From positions 1 to 40,130 of the forward strand of contig JANRLX010000077.1 in the NCBI GenBank assembly GCA_033762115.1: a stretch of 40,130 bases of DNA, in the 5' to 3' direction. Under the pieces are notes generated by a model. That model did no database searches, was not told where the DNA came from, and saw only the letters and a list, made by a program, of their open reading frames with translations. Numbering within the stretch: the first letter of the stretch is position 1; the number at the start of each line of letters is the position of its first letter. This DNA comes from Verrucomicrobiota bacterium. GTDB taxonomy: Bacteria; Verrucomicrobiota; Verrucomicrobiia; Limisphaerales; SXQI01. This document shows positions 1 to 8,993 of the stretch, in pieces. Made by a program: the position numbers and the translations under genes.

Positions 1-2477
1 GGATTGAGCGACCGATCCAGGATGTACGCTTCCGAATTGGCTATGGGCCGACCAATGGGAATGGTTGTCGCATTTTCATCAACCGAGGTGATGAGATGCC
101 ATGTTGAGAAAGTTGTGTTCTCTGTCGGTCCGTAAACATGCAGCAATCGCTTTGGTGGATGAGCATCAAGGACCAGCCGGACCCATTTCGGATCGACCGC
201 TTCTCCTCCGAACATCACCGTGTCCAGGTGACCAAATGACTCGGGAGCATTTGCCGCCAGCTGATTGAACAACGCGGTGGTGATAAAAAGAATCGAAATC
301 TTTTGCTCCACCAGCTGCCTTGAAAAATCAGTGGGAGAAATCGCCGTATCCTTGCTGATGCCGACCAGACGGGCCCCATTCAAAAGCGCTCCCCAGATTT
401 CAAAGGTTGCTGCGTCGAATGACGCGTTGGATGCCTGGGCAAGTCGATCCGCCGAAGTGATCTTTACATAATCTGTATTGCAAACCAGGCGGGTCACTCC
501 CCGGTGACGAACAGCCACACCTTTTGGTTTGCCAGTGCTGCCCGAAGTGTAAATCACATAGGCGAGACTTTCTGCGGTCGCCTGGTTTGCTGGCAGGCAC
601 CAGCTTTCCTGCTCAATTTCATGCCAGTCCCGGTCCAGGAGAATGATGCTCGCGGAGTGCGGCGGAAGCGCCATTGCCAGATTTTCCTGGGTGATGATCA
701 CCTGCATGCCGGTGTCTTCAATCATGAACTGAAGTCGTGACTGCGGGTAGCTCGAGTCCAGCGGCACATAGGCTGCGCCCGATTTCAGGACGGCGAGCAT
801 TGCCACGATCATTTTTGGAGAACGCTCGGCATAAATCCCAATCAACGAGCCGTGCGCCACACGAAGTCTCCTCAATCGCTGGGCCAGTTGATTTGCAGCC
901 ACGTTGAGTTCACGATAACTCCATTCCTCTCCGCCATACGAAAGCGCGATCGCTTCCGGCGTCCGGATTACCTGGGCCTCAAAAAGCTGATTGATGGAGT
1001 CGTGGCGTGGATACTCGCTATTCGTCCGGTTCCAGTTCTCGATCATCAAAGCACGCTCACCAGGCGTGAGTAACGGTAGTTGCACCAGCGGAACAGCTGG
1101 GTTCCGAATCGCTTCTGTCAGCAGATTCTCGTAATGCCCAAGCAGGCGCTCAATTGTTGCTGCCTCGAACAGGTCACTGTTGTATTCCAACACCAGGTCA
1201 AGCCCCTCCGGATGATCTTTGACGATCATTGTCAAATCGAACTTTGCCGTGAGGGTGTCCACCTCGATCCATTCGCATTTCAATCCGGGGATCAGTTCGC
1301 TCGGCACAAAATCGTTGTTCAATGAAAACACGACCTGAACAAACGGCGTGCGGGAAGCGCTTCGTTCTGGATGCAGCGCTTCAACAATTTTTTCGAATGG
1401 CACCTCCTGGTGAGCGTAAGCGCCCAGCGTGGTTTCCTTGACCTGTTGAAGAAGATTCCTGAATGTGGGGTTGCCCGCAAAAGTGCTCCGCAACGGCAGC
1501 GTGTTCACGAAAAAACCAATCAACTCTTCGGTTTCCATGCGGGTCCGTCCGGCAATCGGCGAACCCACAATAATTTCCTCCTGGTCCGTGTAACGATGCA
1601 GCAATGCCTGGAACACAGCCAGCATTGTCATGAACAAAGTGACGCTTTCCTGTTTGCTGAATGATTTGACCCCCTCGGAAAGCTCCCGGGAAAATTGTTT
1701 CTGCAGAAGCCGCCCGTTTCCTTGCGCGGCACCCTCAGCGCGCGGCCGGTCCAGCGGAAGTTCCAGCAGGGGCAAGCGCCCGCTCAACCGCTTCCGCCAC
1801 CACTCAAGCTGGGTTTCCAATGCCTTCCCCTGCATCGTTTCCCGTTGCCACAATGCGAAGTCCGCATACTGAATCTCCAGCGGGGGAAGGAGTGGCTCCT
1901 CCCCATGCAAAAAGGAACTGTAGAAAACAGCAACTTCACGAAACAGGATTTTCAGCGACCACTCATCGGAAGCGATATGATGTGTCACAAGCAGCAATAA
2001 ATGCTCCTGCTCCGAAAGACGAACCACCGTGGCTCGCAACATCAGGTCTGCGGAAAGGTCGAACGGCGTTCGGGCCGCCTTCAAAATTTCATTCCTCGCA
2101 GCCCGCTCTTTTTCCGAGGCTGAAAACGTTTCCAGATCAATTAAAGGAAGCGGCACTTCGACCGGCTCCAGTATCCGTTGGGTGGGAAAATCATCCGCGG
2201 CATGAAAAACCGTTCGCAGGACTTCATGACGTTCCACCACTTTGCTTAATGCGTACTGCAAAGCCGGAAGAACCAGCTTTCCTTGAACCCGGACAATCGT
2301 CGGGACATTGTAGACGGGGCTGTTCGGTTGAAGCCTGTCCAGAAACCAGAGCCTTTGCTGGGCAAACGAAAGCGGCAAAGCGGGAGGCTGTGAGTTTTTT
2401 TCCTTGAGAAGTTTTTCAAGAAGCTCCCGCTTTTTATCTGCCGGGAGATCTGCAATATCATGATATCCAATGGTCAT
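1..2477 (-). CDS. Nonribosomal peptide synthetase, C-A module (3' end runs off the window)
   Basis: Not in the ORF track because it has no stop in the window. Translated by hand from ATG at 2477: MTIGYHDIADLPADKKRELLEKLL..PLSFAQQRLWFLDRL (C1), HHIASDEWS (C active site), YVIYTSGSTGKPKG (A3), FDAATFEIW (A4), YGPTENTTFST (A5), IPIGRPIAN. The frames at the start, the motifs and the window edge agree. Confidence 0.95.
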   Translation of the reverse strand, partial: MTIGYHDIADLPADKKRELLEKLLKEKNSQPPALPLSFAQQRLWFLDRLQPNSPVYNVPTIVRVQGKLVLPALQYALSKVVERHEVLRTVFHAADDFPTQRILEPVEVPLPLIDLETFSASEKERAARNEILKAARTPFDLSADLMLRATVVRLSEQEHLLLLVTHHIASDEWSLKILFREVAVFYSSFLHGEEPLLPPLEIQYADFALWQRETMQGKALETQLEWWRKRLSGRLPLLELPLDRPRAEGAAQGNGRLLQKQFSRELSEGVKSFSKQESVTLFMTMLAVFQALLHRYTDQEEIIVGSPIAGRTRMETEELIGFFVNTLPLRSTFAGNPTFRNLLQQVKETTLGAYAHQEVPFEKIVEALHPERSASRTPFVQVVFSLNNDFVPSELIPGLKCEWIEVDTLTAKFDLTMIVKDHPEGLDLVLEYNSDLFEAATIERLLGHYENLLTEAIRNPAVPLVQLPLLTPGERALMIENWNRTNSEYPRHDSINQLFEAQVIRTPEAIALSYGGEEWSYRELNVAANQLAQRLRRLRVAHGSLIGIYAERSPKMIVAMLAVLKSGAAYVPLDSSYPQSRLQFMIEDTGMQVIITQENLAMALPPHSASIILLDRDWHEIEQESWCLPANQATAESLAYVIYTSGSTGKPKGVAVRHRGVTRLVCNTDYVKITSADRLAQASNASFDAATFEIWGALLNGARLVGISKDTAISPTDFSRQLVEQKISILFITTALFNQLAANAPESFGHLDTVMFGGEAVDPKWVRLVLDAHPPKRLLHVYGPTENTTFSTWHLITSVDENATTIPIGRPIANSEAYILDRSLN

Positions 2478-2507
2478 GGGAGGTGGAGTAATGAGGTTCC
2501 CGGGACG

Positions 2508-5500
2508 TTATGAAGATTGGGTGCTCACCGCATGTGCGGCAATTTCACGATCGTTGAATTTAACGCCAGGCTGCGAAGACGTCCGCGACACTCGTTTGAT
2601 CGGAGCCGATGGAGTCACACTCCTCCCTTTTCCGAGTTCAAGCGCCATCGCTTCCAATGTCGGTCGATCAAAAAAATTTCGAAGGCTGATTTCAACCTGG
2701 AATTGATCTCGCACCCGGGAGATCACCTGGATGGCCAGCAGGGAGTGCCCACCCAGTTCAAAAAAGTTTTCATTCATTCCCACCCGTTCCAGTTTCAGCA
2801 CATCCGCCCAAATCCGGGCGAGCTTCTGCTCCTGTTCGGTTTGTGGTGCGGAATAGGCCCGCCTGGAGCCCGTTGATTCAGGCGCTGGCAAGGCTTTGCG
2901 GTCCACCTTTCCATTCGGGGTGAGTGGAAGCTTGGGAAGTGCCACGATCACATTTGGGACCATATATTCAGGAAGGCACTTCTGGAGCGTGGTTTTGATC
3001 TCGCCCACATTTACCTGCCCCCCGCGCCCCACCACATACCCCACCAATCGTTTGTCGCCGGGGCTGTCCTCACGCGCAAGAACCACAGCCTCCTGGATGT
3101 TCGGTTGGGCCAGCAAAAGATTTTCGATTTCGCCCAGCTCGATCCGGAACCCGCGAATTTTTACCTGAAGATCGATTCGGCCAAGGAACTCAATGGTTCC
3201 ATCGGGATTAAAGCGCGCAAGGTCTCCTGTGCGATAAAGCCGCGTTCCAGGCTGAAACGGGTTCCCCACAAACTTTTCCTGGTTCAACTCAGCACGATTA
3301 AGATACCCGCGCGAAAGTTGTGACCCTCCGATATAAATTTCCCCGATCACCCCGATCGGGACCGGCTGTCGTGCTGGATCAAGGATATAAACCTGCACAT
3401 TCATGATCGGCTTCCCTATTGGGATTTGGCGCATTTCATGACTCCTGGTGCAATGGTGAACCGTGCTCCAGACCGTGCTTTCCGTGGGGCCATATTCATT
3501 GTAGAGATTGGCATTCTGGAGAGTGGCGAAATGCCGGTTGGGCAATTCCCGTGGACAAGCCTCACCCGCGACAATCACTGTCTTAAGCGAGCCTAATTGA
3601 GAAGCCCCAAATTCCAGCAATGCTGCATAGAGCGATGGCAGGCTCAGGAAATGTGAAACTTTTTTTGAATGAATCAGGCGCGCCAGGGCAGCGGGGTCCT
3701 GATGCTGGCCCTCTTCCGGAAGGGTCACAGTCCCGCCTTGTGAAAGCGTCCAGAAAATCCCCGCAATCGAACTGTCGAACGAGAAGGATGAAATCAGCAG
3801 GTAATTCTGGATCGGTTCCCGATAATAATGGATGCGCGCTTTTGTCGAATTGATCAATGCCCGGTGCGTGATCAGCACACCTTTCGGCTTGCCTGTGGAG
3901 CCGGAGGTGTAAATCACATAACTGAGATTCTCCCCGGTGGCGCTGGTCACAGGATTTTCTCCAGGCTCTGAATGCAATAACGCGTGGGCAGCTCCAAGCA
4001 TGACAACTTTCGCCTGATGCTCCGGCAGCTTGACCGCGAGATGCGGCTGGGTGATCAACACTGGCGTTCGGGTATCATCCATAACGAATGCAAGCCGCTC
4101 TTTCGGATATGAAGGATCAAGCGGGACGTAGGCGCCCCCGGCTTTTAAAATTCCAACGATTCCCACCAGCATTTCGACAGAACGTTCCATGCAAATGGCC
4201 ACCGGCACTTCCGGGCCGACACCGAGACGAATCAAATGATGCGCCAGCTGATTGGCCCGGTGATTCAGTTCCGCATAAGTCAGCCGGTGTGGCCCGCATT
4301 GCACCGCGATCTGATCCGGATGAGAAACCGCCAGATGTTCAAATTGCGCATGAATCACCTGCTCGCCCGCAAACTGAATCGCGGTGCGATTAAACTCATG
4401 GAGGACCTGTTTCCGTTCTGATTCGGAAATCAACGAAAGATGGCTTACCGCAATTTCCCTCTGGGTTAACGCACTGTTGATCAGCACATCGAAATTATGC
4501 GCCATCCGGATCACGTCAGCTTCAGCCAGCGACTTGCTGTTGTAATGAAACTGAAGGCCAACACCGGCGGCGGATATTTCCGCTGCCAGTTTGATTTTGA
4601 ACGGCTCGCTGCAACATTGGACATCTTCAACAGTGAAATTCAACCCGCCACTCTCACCGTTTTCGACAAATGAGACCTCCTCGAAGATCGCTTCGTAAAC
4701 AATTTCTCCATTTTTCAACGAAAGCAGGTCGTTCGAAAAAGCATCTTGCGCCTTTTCGTTCTGCTCCATTTGAAACTGGTTCTGCCTAAGCAAAGCGGAA
4801 AAGGTCGTATTGAGATCAAACTGGGAAATCAGCGGAACAACTCTCGCGTAAGGCCCCACCGCTCCCGCCAATTCGGCAAAGCGCCTTCCACTTGCCACCT
4901 GGCCCAGCCACTTCACAGGATGTCCACAGTAGCGGGACAATAGAACTTGAAAGGTTGTCGCCAGGATCACTCGTTGCGGGATCTGGTTTTCTTCGCTGTA
5001 CCGTCGAAGCAGCGCTGAGGCTTCGGAAGAAAGTTGAATGCAGTAAGCCGCAGCTTTGAACCCTGCCGCTTCCGGCTGCTCAAAAGCAAAACGGAGATTG
5101 CTTCCTCCCTCAAACTTCTGCTTCCTCCAATAGGCAACGGCAGCACGCCCCTCTTGAGTGCCGGGAAAATCCTCCTGCCATTGGCAATAATCGGCATACT
5201 GCATCAGCTCACTGGATTCAGCCGACTCACTTTCCCCCGATTGATACTCTCGTTGCAATTCAGCGATCAGGACTCTTACCGATGCAAGGTCGGCACAAAG
5301 GGACGGAATTCGAAGCGTCACTCGATGTGCCCCCGGATTGATGGATTCGATTGAATAGCGCAGCAACGGCGCATGATCGAACCGTTGCTCACCCGCCCCG
5401 GGCAGCTCCAAATCACACGAATCAGCAATGACTTGCACCGGTGCTTCCATCCCCGCCAAAATTTGAAAAGAGGTGCGGAGAATTTCATGTCGGGCCACAA

Positions 5501-5657
5501 TCCTTTGCAATGCCTTGCGGAAACGGGTTTCATTGAACTCCTCCTCAAACCGCAGGGTGCAGCTGGACAGATAGGTATTCTGCCCCTGCTGTGCCAGATG
5601 CCAGGCCCGCTTCTGCTGACTGGAGAGATTGTAACCTTCGATAGATTCTGTAGGCAT
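2508..5657 (-). CDS. NRPS module: degenerate condensation-like (interface-like) domain, adenylation domain, PCP
   Basis: YVIYTSGSTGKPKG, YGPTE, LYRTGDL, QVKIRGFRIELGEIE, NGKVDR and PCP motif FFELGGHSL. The N-terminal C-like domain has PSLCADL in place of HHxxxDG. Confidence 0.95.
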   Translation of the reverse strand: MPTESIEGYNLSSQQKRAWHLAQQGQNTYLSSCTLRFEEEFNETRFRKALQRIVARHEILRTSFQILAGMEAPVQVIADSCDLELPGAGEQRFDHAPLLRYSIESINPGAHRVTLRIPSLCADLASVRVLIAELQREYQSGESESAESSELMQYADYCQWQEDFPGTQEGRAAVAYWRKQKFEGGSNLRFAFEQPEAAGFKAAAYCIQLSSEASALLRRYSEENQIPQRVILATTFQVLLSRYCGHPVKWLGQVASGRRFAELAGAVGPYARVVPLISQFDLNTTFSALLRQNQFQMEQNEKAQDAFSNDLLSLKNGEIVYEAIFEEVSFVENGESGGLNFTVEDVQCCSEPFKIKLAAEISAAGVGLQFHYNSKSLAEADVIRMAHNFDVLINSALTQREIAVSHLSLISESERKQVLHEFNRTAIQFAGEQVIHAQFEHLAVSHPDQIAVQCGPHRLTYAELNHRANQLAHHLIRLGVGPEVPVAICMERSVEMLVGIVGILKAGGAYVPLDPSYPKERLAFVMDDTRTPVLITQPHLAVKLPEHQAKVVMLGAAHALLHSEPGENPVTSATGENLSYVIYTSGSTGKPKGVLITHRALINSTKARIHYYREPIQNYLLISSFSFDSSIAGIFWTLSQGGTVTLPEEGQHQDPAALARLIHSKKVSHFLSLPSLYAALLEFGASQLGSLKTVIVAGEACPRELPNRHFATLQNANLYNEYGPTESTVWSTVHHCTRSHEMRQIPIGKPIMNVQVYILDPARQPVPIGVIGEIYIGGSQLSRGYLNRAELNQEKFVGNPFQPGTRLYRTGDLARFNPDGTIEFLGRIDLQVKIRGFRIELGEIENLLLAQPNIQEAVVLAREDSPGDKRLVGYVVGRGGQVNVGEIKTTLQKCLPEYMVPNVIVALPKLPLTPNGKVDRKALPAPESTGSRRAYSAPQTEQEQKLARIWADVLKLERVGMNENFFELGGHSLLAIQVISRVRDQFQVEISLRNFFDRPTLEAMALELGKGRSVTPSAPIKRVSRTSSQPGVKFNDREIAAHAVSTQSS

Positions 5658-5661
5658 AATA

Positions 5662-5838
5662 TTAGTTCTGGGTAGAAGAAACCGGTTCGAACATTGCCAT
5701 CACAACCCGGGCGGTCCTTTTGTGCGCTTGTCTGCCATGCGCCAGGCTCATGTTATCGAGCGGCAGCACATCCCCATCCTCCCATGGAAAATTGATTCTC
5801 TCTGCGTTGTAGGCCGATTTTGCTTCTGTGATAATCAT
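5662..5838 (-). pseudogene. C-terminal remnant of a SyrP-like TauD/TfdA Fe(II)/2-oxoglutarate hydroxylase
   Basis: Hand translation (58 aa, below the track cutoff): MIITEAKSAYNAERINFPWEDGDVLPLDNMSLAHGRQAHKRTARVVMAMFEPVSSTQN*. It matches the family C-terminal motif FPWxxGDVLxLDNxxxAHGR. An in-frame TGA lies at 5845-5847 upstream, and the stop is 4 nt before the NRPS ATG. Confidence 0.75.
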
Positions 5839-5940
5839 GGTCTTTCAGGGCAATTCCTGAATGAAGGAGCATCCGGGCTCGGCATCATCGATGGTATGGT
5901 TTTCACACTCACTTTCCTGTCGAAAGTTAACCTTCATTAA

Positions 5941-7536
5941 ATGGAGCGGCCTGCTCACCAACAATCAGGGGTGGGCACTTTCTTCCCAGACGCAAAAAAC
6001 CGAGCACCATTTCAAGGAAACCCTGATGACGCCAAACCCGCTCCATCCCCATTATTGAACTGTCCGATGCACAAACAAACCATTCACCAAAGACTCGAAG
6101 GACACCCTCCAATCGTCATGCTTGGTGTCCCCTTTGATAACGTCACCACCGCTGAAACAATCTGCTTGATCGAGGAAATGATCCGATCAGGACGCCCTCA
6201 CTACCTCGCCACGGCAAATGTGGATTTCCTCGTGCAGGCATCCAGGGATGTGGAGCTTCGCCGTATTCTGTTGGATGCCCACCTCGTGCTCTGTGACGGC
6301 ACTCCGCTGGTTTGGGCTTCGAAAATCCTGGGGAATCCGCTTCCGGAACGAGTTGCCGGATCAGATCTAATACCCATCCTGCTCCAGGTCGCTGCCGAAA
6401 GAGGCTTCCGCCCCTTTTTCCTGGGGGCCACTCCGGAAGTGGCGGCACGCGCCGTCAAACTCGTTTCCGAGCATTATCCGGGAATTCAGATCGCGGGACA
6501 TTACTCACCTCCATTCAATAAATTGATAGAGATGGATCATGAAGCCATCACCCAGCGAATCCGGGAGGCAAAACCGGACATGCTCTTTGTCGGATTCGGT
6601 TGTCCCAAACAGGAAAAATGGATTGCGATGCATTACCAATCCCTGGGAGTCCCGGTTTCCGTCGGGGTGGGAGCCACGATTGATTTTCTCGCCGGCCATG
6701 TAAGACGAGCGCCAAGGTGGATGCAAAAAAGCGGCACTGAATGGATTTTCCGTCTTCTGCAGGAACCAGGACGGCTGCTGAAACGGTATTCAACCGATCT
6801 CCGCTATTTTTCGGTGGCAATTGTCAAACAATGGTGGAAGCTCCGCTATCGCCAGCAAAGTTCCGAAGCGCCTCGAACTGTTGAAGTCCAGGAAACCAAA
6901 TCCTGGAAACTGCTCTCCCCCTCAACGCGTCTGGATGCCCAGACCGTTCAGCAAACCAGCCGGATTTGGGAGGAAGCGCTCCTTCGCCATCAATTCTGCT
7001 TTATTGATCTCAGTCGGGTGGAATTCATTGATAGCACAGGAATCGGGCTTCTGGTCAAAGTCCAGAAACAAGCCCGGAAGCATCATCGCCATCTCGTCCT
7101 GATTAATGCCAGTGAAACGGTAATTCGCTCACTTGAATTGATGAAGTTGAGGGATTTCTTCCTCCATGCTCCTGATCTTTCCACCGCCCAGCATCTCATG
7201 GAACCGGCGAACCAGATGAAGCCGGTCATCCTCGGCAATTCTCCCCATGCCGTTCTCCCCGCTCTCTTTTGGCAGGGAGAATGCGTCGCCGCCAATGCTC
7301 ACGAATTCTGGGAATTGACCCGAAGCCAGATCATGGCTCGAAGTGAAATGGGTGCAGACCTCGCCATTGATCTGACCAACCTGAAATTTATCGATTCATC
7401 AGGACTAAGCGTGATGCTCCGCGCCCGAAAATTTGCCCAGGCCCAGGGAATTCAGCTTGTTTTCGCCGCGCCCGGCGAACTGGTCCTGAATGTTTTGAAA
7501 CTGGCACAATTGGAAGAATATCTGGTGAAAAAATGA
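5941..7536 (+). CDS. WecB/TagA/CpsF family glycosyltransferase fused to two C-terminal STAS (anti-anti-sigma-like) domains
   Basis: TANVD, DGTPLVW, ERVAGSDL, GFGCPKQEKW, GVGATIDF and RAPRWMQ..GTEW..RL..EP.RL..RY. STAS motifs IDLSRVEFIDSTG and IDLTNLKFIDSSG. The true start may be ATG 6067. Confidence 0.9.
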   Translation: MERPAHQQSGVGTFFPDAKNRAPFQGNPDDAKPAPSPLLNCPMHKQTIHQRLEGHPPIVMLGVPFDNVTTAETICLIEEMIRSGRPHYLATANVDFLVQASRDVELRRILLDAHLVLCDGTPLVWASKILGNPLPERVAGSDLIPILLQVAAERGFRPFFLGATPEVAARAVKLVSEHYPGIQIAGHYSPPFNKLIEMDHEAITQRIREAKPDMLFVGFGCPKQEKWIAMHYQSLGVPVSVGVGATIDFLAGHVRRAPRWMQKSGTEWIFRLLQEPGRLLKRYSTDLRYFSVAIVKQWWKLRYRQQSSEAPRTVEVQETKSWKLLSPSTRLDAQTVQQTSRIWEEALLRHQFCFIDLSRVEFIDSTGIGLLVKVQKQARKHHRHLVLINASETVIRSLELMKLRDFFLHAPDLSTAQHLMEPANQMKPVILGNSPHAVLPALFWQGECVAANAHEFWELTRSQIMARSEMGADLAIDLTNLKFIDSSGLSVMLRARKFAQAQGIQLVFAAPGELVLNVLKLAQLEEYLVKK

Positions 7537-8729
7537 AAATCGGGATTTCAACATCAGTGGTTCAACGTGGCCGGACAGGCATTGCACAGTATCTCCTGGC
7601 CCTGATTCGCGAATATCTGAATGCCCCGCCCAATGACGAATTCACCCTCTTCATACTTGAGGAGGATCTTCCTTTGTTTGAGTTTGCCAGGGAGCGCATG
7701 ACCCTCCTGCCCGTCTCGGAAAATTTTCGTCCCGCCGTGCGAAATATTGCATGGCACCAGACTGAGCTGCCGCGCCTCGCAAAAGCACATCAACTGGACC
7801 TTTTGCATATTCCCAGCTACCGCCGGTTGCTCGGCTGGAAACCTTGCCCCGTCGTCGCCACCATCCATGACCTGGCGCCTTTTCGGGTCCGGCGAAAATA
7901 CGATCTGCTCCGGATGTTTTACGGCAGGGTCATTGTCCGCTGGCTTGCCCACAGGCAGGACCAGATCATCGCGGTAAGTAAAAACACAGCGAACGATATT
8001 GAACGCTTTTTCAAAATCCCCCGTTGGGAAGTGGAAGTGATTTACAACGGATTGGACCATACACGCTTCAATCCCTTCAACCGGGAGCAGGCCAAGGCTG
8101 AAATGGCTGCCCGCCACCAGCTCACAAACCCATTTTTTCTCTACGTCGCTCGCCTCGAGCATCCCGGTAAAAACCATGTTCGCCTCATCGAAGCCTTCGA
8201 ACGGTTCAAGGCCCGAACCGGCTCAAACTGGCAACTCGTCTTTGGAGGTGCTGATTGGCATGGCGCGGAATATATCCACCAGGCGATTCAACGTTCTCCC
8301 TGCAAACAGGATATTAAAAACCTCGGTTTTGTCACCGATGAGCAACTGCCCCAACTTTATCGCGCCGCCGATATTTTTGTTTACCCCTCGTTGTATGAAG
8401 GCTTTGGCATGCCCCCTATTGAAGCGATGGCCTGCGGCACACCGGTAATTTCTTCCGACCAGGGCGCCCTCTGTGAAGTGGTGGATAACGCAGCCTGTAT
8501 CGTTCAACCCACTGACCTGGAAAGCATCTCCGCTGCCCTGACCCAACTTGGCATGCAACCCTCCCTCCGTGCTCATTTTCAGGACGCAGGATTGCGCCGT
8601 GCCGCCGCTTTCAACTGGAAACGCACGGCTGAGGAAACCTTGCGCGTCTATACACGCTCCGCAAAAAACAAAGCGCCTGCGGGCAAACTGGTTTCCCCAT
8701 CAACCGTGACCCAGCCAGGTATGTCCTGA
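7533..8729 (+). CDS. Glycosyltransferase family 4 (GT-B, Glycos_transf_1)
   Basis: TIHDL, IAVS, IYNG and FVYPSLYEGFGMPPIEAMACGTPVI. ATGA overlap with the upstream gene. Confidence 0.93.
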   Translation: MKIGISTSVVQRGRTGIAQYLLALIREYLNAPPNDEFTLFILEEDLPLFEFARERMTLLPVSENFRPAVRNIAWHQTELPRLAKAHQLDLLHIPSYRRLLGWKPCPVVATIHDLAPFRVRRKYDLLRMFYGRVIVRWLAHRQDQIIAVSKNTANDIERFFKIPRWEVEVIYNGLDHTRFNPFNREQAKAEMAARHQLTNPFFLYVARLEHPGKNHVRLIEAFERFKARTGSNWQLVFGGADWHGAEYIHQAIQRSPCKQDIKNLGFVTDEQLPQLYRAADIFVYPSLYEGFGMPPIEAMACGTPVISSDQGALCEVVDNAACIVQPTDLESISAALTQLGMQPSLRAHFQDAGLRRAAAFNWKRTAEETLRVYTRSAKNKAPAGKLVSPSTVTQPGMS

Positions 8730-8739
8730 ATAAGGACAT
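8721..8739. terminator. Short hairpin between convergent genes (possible weak terminator)
   Basis: ATGTCCT-gaata-AGGACAT inverted repeat spanning the GT4 stop; no clear U-tract. Confidence 0.25.
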
Positions 8740-8753
8740 TCGGTTGGACAGTG

Positions 8754-8870
8754 TCAAATCCATCCCAGCAAACTATACAAGCAGTAGATTGCGGCGCATT
8801 CCACTGCAATAAAGGCCACAAAGCTCAGGATGAGCAATGACCAGCGCGTCCATTCTACTAGAAAGTTCAT
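8754..8870 (-). CDS. Putative small hydrophobic membrane protein (38 aa)
   Basis: Hand translation: MNFLVEWTRWSLLILSFVAFIAVECAAIYCLYSLLGWI*. It fills an otherwise empty intergenic gap and has a sigma54-like motif immediately upstream. Confidence 0.55.
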   Translation of the reverse strand: MNFLVEWTRWSLLILSFVAFIAVECAAIYCLYSLLGWI

Positions 8871-8884
8871 TCTAATATTTGATA

Positions 8885-8900
8885 AGCAGCGGGCGTGCCG
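8885..8900 (-). promoter_or_regulatory. Sigma54 (-24/-12)-type promoter
   Basis: Minus strand CGGCACGCCCGCTGCT has GG-N10-GC spacing and resembles TGGCAC-N5-TTGC. A4 tracts phased at 10 bp (8916, 8926, 8936) lie upstream. Confidence 0.5.
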
Positions 8901-8993
8901 GACAATTTCGAAAACAAAATCTGAGAAAATTCACGAAAACTCGCAGCCTTAAGAAACTCCCCCGGAATTCATAAAAACAACCCTCCGCCCCAA

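Noticed and set aside
265..2407. Many plus-strand ORFs over the NRPS, and other long antisense or off-frame ORFs (e.g. 15860-16786, 17945-18811, 18165-19070)
   Set aside because: They are shadow frames of well-supported genes and carry no recognisable motifs.
5824..5861. Fur-box-like GATAATCAT and inverted repeat TTCAGG-N6-CCTGAA upstream of the NRPS
   Set aside because: Only about 12/19 match to the Fur consensus, and it overlaps the hydroxylase remnant, so coding ancestry or chance explains it.
5941..8729. Glycosyltransferases as tailoring enzymes of the NRPS product (bleomycin-like glycosylated OH-His)
   Set aside because: They are divergent, WecB/TagA is an envelope-polysaccharide family, and the junction looks like a deletion breakpoint.
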